Positions 24,916 through 37,100 of a stretch of DNA of 64,000 bases are shown piece after piece. A model generated the notes under the pieces. It was given only the letters and a program-made list of their open reading frames with translations. It was not told the DNA's origin and ran no database searches. Numbering within the stretch: position 1 is the stretch's first letter; the number at the start of each line of letters is the position of its first letter. Position numbers and translations under genes: made by a program. The stretch spans positions 124,001-188,000 of the forward strand of contig NW_020843934.1 of assembly GCF_003704095.1 (NCBI RefSeq), read 5' to 3'. The DNA comes from Pocillopora damicornis (lineage: Eukaryota).

Positions 24916-27662
24916 ATGGCAGTGCTTCTCTTCCTTTTTACGATCTTCCTTTGTGTAGTGACCATAAATGAGGCATGCTGGTGCACTCAAGCTCACCCGC
25001 AGTCAAGATTTTGCAGCGCAGATTTTGGTGAGTACAGGTGATATCCTTTTATTAGCTACCCACATTACGTTCAGTAATCATTTTAAACCCGTCATCTACA
25101 TTCACAATTATTTTCATGCGCATTTTCATCTTTTCACATTTAAAAGATATACCAGTGCTCCCAACAGTTCAATCAAATCTTGACAGTATGATTTATATAC
25201 ATGTACTTTTTGACATTTTTAAATTTACTGAATTTCATTAGTCATGCCCTGGGTTGTTTGTTTTACTAATGTGGACGGCAGAGACTTTTAATATACAAGC
25301 GCAATCAACCCAATACGAGCTTTGCTCTCATTGGTGCGAGGTGTAGAAATGGAAAAAAAACCTACTCCTATACTGTTGGATAATTGAAATATTCGGACAA
25401 AACAACTGAATCTTCGACTGAGTGAAATTACCTTTGTCTAGAAATGATAACAGTACAACATTTTAAAAGATTATCCGTTTTACTCCTTCTTTCAATTGAA
25501 TCTTTTATCTCTTTATGAAAGTTCTTTTTTCTCCTAACTGGAGGCACGGAGGGAAATGAGATCTTGTAACTTGGCAAATATACAAATATTTTGTCCACAG
25601 AATTCATAAAAAAAAAACACATTGACGACACTAACAACAGGTTATTTTCCAAGATTGGAGAAAACTTAATACTGTTTTGTTATTCTAGAACAGGATTGTC
25701 GCATCTTGATCTTCACCTCGCTAATACCGTTTGTAAGATAATTCGTCCAGTTCTGTCGCTGTCGCAACGGAAAGGTTAAGAGGAACGATGTGATAACAGA
25801 ACAGAGGTTGAGGCGTTTTGCCAAAGACCTTATTTAAGTGACAATGAGCCACAGAGCTCGAAACATGATTCACGACAGAGCGGCAATTCAAATCGTCGGT
25901 TGCCCCCTTAAATGTATTTGCGTAAGCCCAATGCAAAGATCCGCTGAATTACCAATAAGCTCGTAAGAATTCCCGTCATCACCACGATTTTAAAATGGCC
26001 GGAAGGTTCGGAAATACAAATCTGTGATCACAACAAAATTTACAGGAGCAAATTCATTTCTATGGCCCTATTGAGGTTTTCAAAAATATAAACACAAACA
26101 ACAGCAATAACAACAATGACGAGCCGGAGGTAAGTATGGTGTGATATCTGAGGTTACGGCGATGTGCCAGAGGCCTTATCAAAATGGCAACGAGCCACAG
26201 AAATCGGAAATTTTGTTGAAGAGAGAGCAGAAATTCCTAGTGGTCGGGATGCCCCCTTAAAAATAATTGCATAAGCCTGTGATCACTACAATGAAAAAGA
26301 AGCTTATGAGAAACTACATAATCACTCAATCTCTAAAATGGCTCATCGTTACTTCACAATTAAAAAAACAAAACAAAACAAAACAGAGGAAATACAGGAT
26401 TGGGGTTGTTTTAAAAAAAAAATGAAAAAGATACTTGATGTAGCCAATAGCACCTGGGTGAGCCGTGAAATGCCACTTATGTTAAGATTTTAGATTTGTA
26501 TACCCCGGCCGCCGGATAATTAACAACTGTGAGACGAGAATCAACCCCAATCCATACGCTCTCTCGCACTCAAAAATTCGCGGACTCTTTCTCGTTGTGC
26601 GCATTTTCGCTGCTCTTCAAGGTTCCTTAACTTTCGACCTTTACGCATCGAAGCTGTAACTTGTAAACTGCTGACGATTCATTCGTGACGGAATTCAGAA
26701 AAATTATCTCTCTCACATTCTGCGGCTCATTGCCAGCCATTAAAAAATGATCCTTGACCAAAATAGACACTGCGTTGAGTGAGATGTTAATTGAGTGTTC
26801 GGTGTTTTATGCCCATGAGGAGAAGGTAGTCAAGGACACAGATCTTTTAATCGGATATGGCAAACATTGCATCACGAAATTCGGCTCAGTAGTGGTTTAA
26901 TAATTCTTTCCTTCCTTCAGTGTGGGGGATGTTACGAAATAAGCTAAATTCAACGTTTTTTTATAATTCTTGATTCTTCTTTGCTTGCTTGGTTAGCTCA
27001 AGTGCGCTAAATAGACTCCCACAAACACGAGATGCTTTGTTAATGATTGTCTAAGGAAGGTTACGCCCACCCTGTTAACGTAAAACATTTCTGACTTTAC
27101 AGCCATTCGCGCTAAGGTTTTGAACGAGTCTTGGGACAACAGCAGCAGAATTTATACCCTCAAGGTCTTCAAAGCCTTCAAGGGGGGCAAGAAAATTGAA
27201 CGCGTTGCCGAGATGCAAAGTGATACGGGAAAACGCAGGAAAAACGTTGTCCAAGTCACAACAGAGCTCGACTCAGCCGCTTGTGGCGTACGCCTTCAGA
27301 TTTCTAAAATCTACATTCTGCTCGGCTACGTAGAGAACCAACACCGAAGACCATACAAAGGAAAGAAAAAGTTGACGATAGAATCGTGCCAGTGGCACTC
27401 GTTATGGAACGACACCACTGCTCAACAACGTCGCGGGCTCAAGAGGATTTATGGAAAATACTGCCTGTGTAATATTGACAAGTACTGCTTCAAAGAAAGA
27501 CCAGAGCTCTGCAAAGATTTGATTCAAGGATGCCACTTACAAGGAAGTGATGATCGCATGAAGAATTGCAGAGCAAAGCATTCTTACTGCGTGAAAGGCC
27601 GCAAAAAATGTAGATGGATCGCGCCTCAAAAGGCCGATTTAAAAAAATGCATGAGTGCTTGA
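24916..27662 (+). CDS. TIMP: TIMP E, two exons, mature N-terminus CWCTQAHPQSRFC, very basic; about 223 aa
   Basis: Exon 1 at 24916-25027 reads MAVLLFLFTIFLCVVTINEA|CWCTQAHPQSRFCSADF, then G|gtgag. Exon 2 at 27103-27662 follows ttacag and reads AIRAKVL...AFKG...SAACGV...ESCQW...YCLC...SYC...CRW...KKC. Confidence 0.92.
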
Positions 27663-28087
27663 AAATTTCATTTCAAAAAAAAAAAAGTGGTCATCATTTA
27701 GTTCTTTAAGTTGTAAACACACAGAGAGCGACGAATAGATCATGTATTGGATCTAAATTAGAACTAAGCTTTTGTAAATAGTCTATAAGTCAGGCTTATT
27801 GTTACGGTTATTAACCAAATAGGAACAGACTCGACAAGAAATTGTTGCTTTACAGTATTAAGACAAACCCCTTCTAGGAGGGGATTTCAATCGCTGCAAT
27901 AAAACTGTACTCAGTTTGAAAGTTTATGCTATTGTTTTAACTTATTAAAATAACGAAGAACTTTTGATGCACAACTACCAAACCACTCCATGTCGCCAAG
28001 ATAAATTTCTTGTAAAACATTTACATAACATTTGATACTAAAAACTACTTTATCCCACCATGAACAAATTTAAGAAGTATCACTCAC

Positions 28088-31000
28088 CATTTCCTTGTAG
28101 TTTGGATAATACGCTTGCTCGACTAATGGGAATTCATCCTTTCCCAGTCTCTTCTGAAGCTGAATTAGTTGAGCGAACTGGTGACGAGAGTAGAGAAAAA
28201 AAAGACTTAATGATGAGGAAAGACTTTTAAATGAATAGCTGCAAGCATTTGTTTAGCTTAATTGTAGGCATTTAAAAAGAAAACAAAAAAACAAATCTTT
28301 ACGTGTGTTTGTTACAGGAAAACCCGAGGTTACCTAAACTACTTATCAGAAAAAAGTCTTACTAACTAAGAGGGTAAAGCGATCGTTCAAAATCAACCCC
28401 AAAGCGCACAATCCTGCTCCCTTTTTTTACATTAAATTGAACATTGAAAATAAATCTATAATGTTAACTTACCACCCATGGTTTCTCCGCGAAGTTGTAA
28501 ATCGATGTGAGCGAGTTCACGCTGGGAACGTTGCCAAACTGTAATCCAAGGAGAATGTTGCGATAGTCTTCTTTGGGTCCAACACCTCGCACACTTTGTC
28601 GAACGAGAACGAAGTCGGGGCGAAATGACCTGGAAGCAAATTGGTGAAAATCAAGTTCCTAAACCTGGTCCGGTCTCTTATTTTCAACGGATGAAACATA
28701 ACTTTACCCGCCTCGATTATCATTTGCTATCTGCGGGTCAAAGTAATATCTTGTAAATATTTAAGAAAATGAAAATAAAAGAGTGAAAAGTGTGAAGTGA
28801 AACAGACGGAGCATGACTGATCCAATCAGGTGCTAAACTAAAACCAACTGCGACTACGTGATAATCACTCAGGTTTTCCCGGGCTTCGTTCATTGTTTTT
28901 ACCTTGTGTTTTTATTGGTTATCGTGAACTTAGCTTCGGTTGCCATTGTAATTACTTTATCTGAGGTCAGTTTTACAAGCCTCAATCGAAATAGACTCTA
29001 GACTACGAGTGGTTACCTGACGACAACAGTGCCTTCGCGGTACACTTGGATATCCACCATTGTGCCACTGTCAGAGTAAGAAGCCAGATTCAGGTCTGCG
29101 AATTGCGCCTGTAAATACAAAAACAAAGAGTATTAAAGAATTTCATTCTCAGTAGACCCTTGCTTATTTTTATTCTTTCATCTCGGTGTTTCTTCAATCT
29201 TAAATTATAAACCTAAAATTACAAATTCTAGCTAAAAATGTTAACCTCTAAACGCTACAGAACTTTGTCTTATCACAAAAAATAGCACCGCTTATTTTTG
29301 AATCGTCGAAGAGTTTATTCAGCCAGCTTTTTTTTCAGGCCAAATATCGTCGAAATTTTATTTGCAACAAAATTGATAAACAGGAGCAAAAAGATTGCAG
29401 GGGAATTTGACCGTAAAAGATTTAGGCGGGAAAAGTGACTCATGCAGTTCCCCTGCTGACGCGGGGCTAATTGAGAAGGCGCGAGTTCACAGCTCGAAAC
29501 CAAATATGGAAATGTATCCTTCCTCATGATTGGCTGATATCTATTCTAAATAAAATCCTCTTTTTCAGTGCCATATTCCCGTTTGCATTTTCTCTTCAAA
29601 TCGAAATATTCTGTTTATTCGGTCTCTTTTATCGCAGAGAATTTTCACTTGTTTGACTACTCGCGTAATAAATAAATAAATAAACAAATGAAATGAAACA
29701 AAATGAAAGATTTAGAAAACCACAGACCATTAGTTTCTCTGAATGAATCACAATTTTTTCAGAGATGACGATATATCAGTAAAATTTAGACATGCAAATT
29801 GGTGCGAAAAGCTCGACTTATTAATTTTTCACGAGAAGAAATTTCCTTTTAACCTCGCAATGGTTTTCCGATCAAATCAAATCACACCCTAATTCAAGGC
29901 AAGATAACTTTTTTTAAAAAAGATGTAAGTAAAGGTTAAGCAAAAAAGATCTTGTTGCGAGAACATTTAACATCGTAGATAAGAATGCAAAAAGAGCGGG
30001 AACAACATGCTAATTTCTATCATCTCCTCACGAACGATTGTCAAAAGTAATCACATTAAAAGCTCCAAGACAACCAGCGTAATGTTTTCTAATTCCTTCC
30101 TATGACTCAGTGTTGCAAATGACCTCTTCGTTGATTATTTTGGTTCAAAAATAAACGAAAACCACAACCGCTATGCGAGTGGCGATGTCAGTTCGATTTG
30201 CCAAACCCTGACACGAAAATATTGTCAATTAACAATCCGTTGGGTTCAAAACAATCGCTGCGAATTTAAACCTCAAGAACGCCTAATATATTGAGATGGA
30301 AAAGGCATCGAGGGCGCCGACATTAAATATAAAACGTAAACACGACAGTTTCGCTGTGTCTGGAGAAATTTAGGTTCTCCGCGTGTGGTCGCTCGCGTAT
30401 CATTTGAGTACTTTATAACTTCAATGTCGAAAAGGTAATATGGATTTTATCAAACCTGTTCAACTCGAACGTCATAAACTCCTCCATGTAGTTGTCGACC
30501 CTTAAATATCTTTGCCCTATAAAACGACAACAAAACTATTAGTGTAGGCAAAAAACCAATACAGAACACAGAGTAAATAAATTCTTACAGTGCATTTCAT
30601 TTTTTCTGCGTGATATAAATTAGTGGGTTCTTTATATTGTTCCAGTCGTGCATTACATTATCCTGTTGTTTCTTGGAAAACTTTTCACACCCGGAATGCT
30701 ACATTTTTTCTGATAATAATTCTAGGTTATCTTTATCAAATTCTGTACACAATCATGAAGCTGAGTCGTACACAACCTTGGATTTGCAGTGTTAAATAAA
30801 ATGTCTCCTTGTTCGAAATACTCAGACAGTGAGAACCATTGAACAGCATAGAAATCCGTTTTGGGGTGATTTAAATTGAGATCAACTAAAAATTTTAATC
30901 TTTGATCTTCGATTTCTAATTCTGTTCATAACGAAACACAGATTATACAGCGATTAATTTCAAGGAATCTTAAAACAGCTATACATAATACTGAGTTGTC

Positions 31001-31227
31001 GCTTACCAATCAGTGTCGGGAGAATCGATAACAAGAAGAATTTTCATCTTTTTCGCGGCAGGCGAGCCCCTCGGTGGCAAAGGCGAAACTTCTTCTTTTG
31101 AATCATGCTTCGGACTCGAAGGCGAATTAAAATTTGTCGTCCGCTCTTGGCTATCCGTACGAGAAGGGCGTAGGTTGCTCAAATTCACCCCGCCTGATAT
31201 CTTCAACTTCTGCAAAAACTCCATCAT
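28088..31227 (-). CDS. SYN: Synapsin, coding exons 1-5 (partial; intron 5 runs beyond the window start)
   Basis: E1 31227-31007 ends KILLVIDSPDTDW. E2 30516-30456 is AKIFKGRQLHGGVYDVRVEQ. E3 29108-29017 is AQFADLNLASYSDSGTMVDIQVYREGTVVVR. E4 28629-28473 is SFRPDFVLVRQ...NSLTSIYNFAEKPWV. E5 28177-28088 is FAQLIQLQKRLGKDEFPLVEQAYYPNYKEM. All introns are GT-AG with consistent phases. The peptides match the synapsin C domain and, from recall, the vertebrate exon boundaries. Confidence 0.95.
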
Positions 31228-33627
31228 TCACGCAGTCACCACACTTGAGCTTTGTTTAGAATCCTTGAAGACTTGTAATGTAGAAGATTACTCAAAGAAT
31301 TTCTCAAAACACCCGCTTCGAGCAGAGAAATTAGTTTCTATTCTTCCTTCACCGCTCAATCTGTTATTTCCGTTGGGTTCGATTCTTCAAATCGATAATT
31401 TTTCTTCCTGTCGAACACGGAACGGACCTTTCAAAATTCCGACAAACGGCCAACTTGTAGTTCGGTGTATTACCCTAGCAATTGCCTGGGCAAAACCCAG
31501 GAATACAAGCGTGTTGTGTATTTTTAAAATATTCAGACAACTCTCGACCGGTGCACCTGTTCCACGAAATCATTGAAGGACAATTCTATTGTTTGCCAAC
31601 CAATTGACGACGGTGACCAATTTATTGCGTATTCTAATGCAAAAGCAACAAACGAATCCTTTAGGGCTTCCACTGGAAGGAAAACTCAGCATGAACAAGC
31701 TTTTGTGGCAGATTTTAGTAAGTTTTTTAATTGGGTTTAATGTATTGGTGCTATTTGGAAACCTTTTTCACGAACTATTCGCAGAAAAAAATATTTAATT
31801 TTGCAACTGTCAAGCAAGAAAACAAACAGTACCCTACATGGAAATGAAACTTCAACCAACTAATTAATTTATTGACTAGGTACACTTTTATTTTGTCGCC
31901 ACGATATAGCACACACTGAAATTTTATTGCAGTTAATTGTCAATTTCTGTATGTCGCAGGGAAGTGAACTCTTTGGACTTCAGATTTTCGCGGAAATCTA
32001 ATGTCTTATAAAGAATGCGATTATCTAATTTCTAAAAACTCGTACGAAAATTAACTTTTAGCTTGAGGAAAAAAAAAAAGGACCACCTCTGAAACATGAA
32101 CTTTAGAACCCCCTAAAATCTCGACTTTTAGAGACAGAAAAGTAAAGTTTATGCTATCCGAATGAGGCCTCCTTGCCACAAAGTCTGCACAAATAAAATG
32201 TTGTTCATCAAATGTTTATTTTTCGTAGAATTATATTCAACATCACGCGATGTGTACATGAGTGCAGAAGGCCAATGAAGACAAGTTTTGATGTTCGAAC
32301 AACGAAGAATTATATGCAATTTTCGTTTTAAGCAATGTTATAAAGACATTGCAGCTTGCAAATGTTCGTCGAACAAAGGTCTCTAAATTGACGGCTCCAG
32401 CTGCAAATAATTTCTTACTTGCCAAGGTAACCAAAAAAATTGCCTGTAGCAAATGAAGCCCGATTGGTGCGTTGCTGAAAACATTAGTTGAGCGTTAAGA
32501 ATGAAAAAAAAAAAAACTCAAAAAGCATCACGAAGACAAGTAAATTTTTCCGCTTAACAAATCTTCATTGAACGATCTGACTATTCATGTCCCTGGAAGA
32601 CCCTGAATATTGTCGACAACCTAAGGAAAACAAACTGCACTGTTAGGATTGCATTAATGAAAAAAATAGAACTAAGAAAAGAGAGGAAAAACAAAACATT
32701 GAATATCTCACCTTTTTTAAATTAAAAAAAAAAAATTCAATTTTTATGAGGACCCTCGTGAAAACCACTTTCTGGTGATTAGAGGCCTCCTCCTAAAATA
32801 TTATTTATTTTATTATTATCTATCTCTGAGTTGTTATTGAATTATTTTTTTTCTTCCTCCTCTGAAATCAGGCTCAGATTACACGGCCATTTCTTTTTGT
32901 TCTCTTTGTTCCCTGATACAAGTTCCCATTTTCTCCTTCTTTCCTCCCTTTCCTCATTTCTACTTCATTCCCATATTTTGGCTTATTTCGCTTCTCTTCT
33001 TAAGAACAGTACTCAACCCCAGTAAGAACGTCCAACTGAAAAAGGAAACTTTACATTTTTCCAGAGAAAATAAAGAGAAAGAGAAAGAGAAAAGAAATCT
33101 TGTAAAGGAACTAGGTCGATAAAATTGGATGAATTCTTACACAGCTGAAACAAATATTTGAAAAAAACCTCGCTTCAGCCCGCTGTGGTTGTTTTCAGTT
33201 GCGTTACTGACCTAAGAGTCACGCCAGAAGCTGTCACGCCAGTAGACTGCCATTAACGATCAGCGGTTTTCTCGCCTCCAAACTTGCCAGTAATGAATCA
33301 TTTAACATTTAAATGAATCCAAAAAAACATTGTAGAGAAACGATGTCTAGAATTAATTCTTAAAAGACAAAATTAAACATAGTTCACCCAGCGATTCACA
33401 CAAGTCGGGCAGAGCGCGCCGACTTGCATCGAGAAACGCGTGAAATACATAGCTGAATAGCTCAAGAACCTCTACAATTTGGTTACAGTCCTTCAAAAAC
33501 ATTAATCTCTTAAAAATCCAGAAATATTTTTAAAGCTAACCTTTAAGGCAGCTCTGATGTAAAAATTTTTCCGCTCAGTCCTGAAATGTGAAGATACTGA
33601 AAATTTGCCGCCGCGTTTGACTAATAC

Positions 33628-33641
33628 GTGACGTCACTTCC
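33628..33641. promoter_or_regulatory. Palindromic CRE (GTGACGTCAC) overlapping an ETS-like ACTTCC, in the divergent synapsin/RRM-gene intergenic region
   Basis: gtgacgtcacttcc lies about 550 bp upstream of the RRM gene ATG in a CpG-containing patch. Function is inferred only. Confidence 0.4.
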
Positions 33642-34182
33642 TAGAGTGACATGTGGTGTAGAGATCACTTTGTGTAATAGCGGCACTAAGGTCATTTAAA
33701 TATACTACACGTGAAAGGGATTTTCATTCACCAGTTTCAAAGCTCCTCAAACAACAGGTGCATTAAAGTAGCTGAATTATTGGTAGGACGTTGATATTGA
33801 TAATTAAATCTTGTTAAACCAGCGGTTCGCAATGAGGTCTAACAAGTTTGCAAGACCGTTCGCCATGTGACGCGATCATCAACTACACTTTCAAGGCATT
33901 CCATTACAAAGAGAAGTGCTGTCTTGAAAAACTGTTTTGACATTTAAAAATAACCCTAATTAACCACTATAAAAAGAACAAAACGGGTGGTGGATAGAAC
34001 TATACAACTAAAGAAATGTCAATTTAAGCAGCCCGACATCGAATCTCGTTGAGATATTTATTTTATTAAATATTTTCCCAATGGTTGTAGCTTGAATCGC
34101 CTTGATCATTCGCTTTTCTTCTCAAGTTTAGATTATGCATCGTCGACACTGAAAATCATTTTACGAAGTTACTGCAGCTAAA

Positions 34183-37100
34183 ATGCCAACTCTTGACGAC
34201 ATAATTGAGGGCGCTACTAATAAAAGCAAACGGCAACTGCAAGAAGCTTTACTGGGGCTATTGAAAGGGAATCCAGACATTTTAGATTTGGTAACGAAAT
34301 CAAAGTCAAAGACGCTGCAAGACAAAAATGAAATTGTAAGTTTATTTTTATGATTGTACATAATGATAAGAAACACCAAAAGCTTAAGCTTCAGGAAAGC
34401 TTTGCCTTGGAACTTTTACAAGGGTATACTCCTAATAGCATCAGTATGTATATTCTCTATAATGGTCTTCATACATTTCCTATGATACCGACAAGGAGAA
34501 TATGATTAACAATCAAGAAGTTTCTGTGTGGGTGGTCATTTCCTGTATTCTCATAACCTTGATGTTTGATTCAGCTTTTATATTATAAAGAGAAATTAGA
34601 TGCTGGTCACTCTATGGGGTGAGTTGGCTAACCCCCATTGAACCTGCTATATATGTATATATGTAACTTCTCAAATGGAATTTCAGTGCATTATTTAGCA
34701 GTTGTGAGATGAGAATAACTATACTTATCAGCTTAAGGTGATTTCTTCATGAAAGACCAAATTCTCTTAATTTTATTGAACAAAAATGTATAAAAGCTAG
34801 ATGAGAGAACTTCTAATCAGATCAGGGGAATCAGAGTTAACTCTTTGATTTTTATTAGTTATTGTAATGTTATTCTCTAGTTGTTTCGTAAAAAAAGCTG
34901 TCGCTATTCATCATGGTGAATAACAATAAAAGCTAAGTTTTTCATTTGTCTCACAATGTAGTCACGTGTGATGTAGATTGTAACGTTTCAACTGCACACC
35001 ACTCGTCTTCTTCAGGCAATGAGGTTGACTGGTCATGCGTGATCTTATAAAGCATGATGCTCTGCTGTGATTAGTTGTTTTTTTTTTCAACAGCTCTGAT
35101 TGGTGCATTTCCATCCTTGCTGTTTCACACAGTGATTTGCTCCCTTGGTGGTCTGCTGTCGCACAACTCTCCTGTTGTTGTGTTTTTTGATTGTGGGCAT
35201 CCACACTTCTGGAATTTCTATTCCACTATCCTTGTTGATGTTGTTAGGGTGAAGTCTTATATGAATTGCCTCTTTGAACCTGCGCATGTAGTAATTAGGG
35301 TCATGATCAATAAACTTTACTTCTACTTCCAGAGTGGCTTGTGTCTGGTGTTGTGGGCATCACACATGACTACATTGTGAGACAAATGAAAAACTTAGCT
35401 TTTATTCTCTTGTTGTTGTCAGTCAATTCTGCAGACAAGAACCCTTCTCAGGACTACTCTCGCTTGGACAATCAGGCTACATGATCATGTTTTATTTGAA
35501 GTAAAAAAAAGGTCACCTCTGATTTGTATTCTATTCACAAAATCTGTAGACTGCAAGATGTGCAAATGAGCAAGATGCACAATTACAGAGAAGCTCATCA
35601 CTGTCCCACCCGGAACTTGAAAACTCTCCAAGACCCAGATATCAGTGGCAGTTGTCTGACAGTGGTGAGGATGATCAATTTTTTTAATAAATATGTTGAT
35701 GATCAGTGAGCACAAAAGCTTGTGCTTGAGCCTAGAGGCCTGTTTAGGCAGCGCTTTTTCTGGTTTCCTTAGCATGAAGTAACTTGGTGTATTACTACTC
35801 CCACCAGATGGAATGCCAATCCAGCACATTGTTACAACCCCCCTCCCCTCCCTAGCATTTCACCAGGCTTCCCTGACAAGGATGAGTAAAGGTAGGGTCC
35901 TGCTCACATTTCACATGCATCAAAAAGGAGACATAATGCATCATGAAAAATCGAATGAATAACTTTAAGGTTCAGGACTCATGAAAAGCAAAACATTCAC
36001 AGCTCACAGGTTTTAATTTTGTATTTTCACTGGTCACAAAAATTTTTAACACCCAATCCAGTGTCATGCAATAATCCTTCTACCCCCTTCTGAAAAGTCA
36101 CCAGTACCAGTTTATACTCCTGGGTAAAGAGAGGCACCATGAAAATCAATTTTTTTTAGCCCAAGAACACAACTCGGTGACCTGGCCAGGCCTTGAACTT
36201 GGACTCTCAACATGGAGTCCAGCACACTAACTTTTAGCCACCCATGATTAACTGACATGGACTGATTAAATCTGTTGTGACTGCATGCTTTGTTCTGAGT
36301 CAGGGAAAGGCTAGAAAACTCAGCAAATTTCCAAGAATTAGATTTTCATCTTGCAATCCCAAAATTTGAGCTTTTGAAATGAATAAAACATGTTCATTTC
36401 TAAAACACTATGAAAAATGTTCAGCCAAGATTATCTATTATTATAATAATTTTTGTTTAAAGTGATCAACTAAAGGAAAAAATATCATTGTTTTTCAAAC
36501 CATTTGAAGGTACATGTAAATGTAATGTGTAACTGTAATCTGCACTGAAGGGGTACAAAGAAGGGTCAGGTAGTGATTTTAATTAGAGTTTAATATACCA
36601 AAAAATCTCAGAAACTACCATGGCATTATTGTGGTCATTTTTGATCCATCCTTATGCCTAGAAAGGTTTTGAAAATTACATTTACTTTCTGCTGTTGCAA
36701 TTTCCATTTTTTTTTTACATTCATTCATTTAGATGATGGCATAGACTCTACATGGACTGCCACTACAAAGCACATGTCACCTCGTGAACTTAGCAAATGG
36801 CGCAAAGAGCTTTATTCTATTTACACAGGATATCTACCCTGTGACATTACAAAGGTAAAGGGTTAAAATTTATTGTTTTAAACATCAACATTTAACAGTC
36901 TTAGGATTGGTGTTATAAGTGCCAAATAGTACCTTGGAAAATTACAGGCCTCAGAAAGTTTTGACTGATCGCAATATCATTACAGCCTTAAGTTATAATT
37001 AATCTTGAAGTCTAGCATTTTTTTTAAAGTCTGTTTGTTTGGCATGTTTTGTTATAGATTTGGGTCTGTAGCAAGGGTAGCCAAGGGTAACATTGAGTTA

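Noticed and set aside
1-28087. Synapsin exon 6 and later exons
   Set aside because: No PVVVKxGHAHxG-like exon was found by eye on the minus strand. It is presumed to lie left of the window.
31013-31576. 187-aa plus-strand ORF
   Set aside because: Antisense shadow of synapsin exon 1 and its upstream region, with no recognisable protein features.
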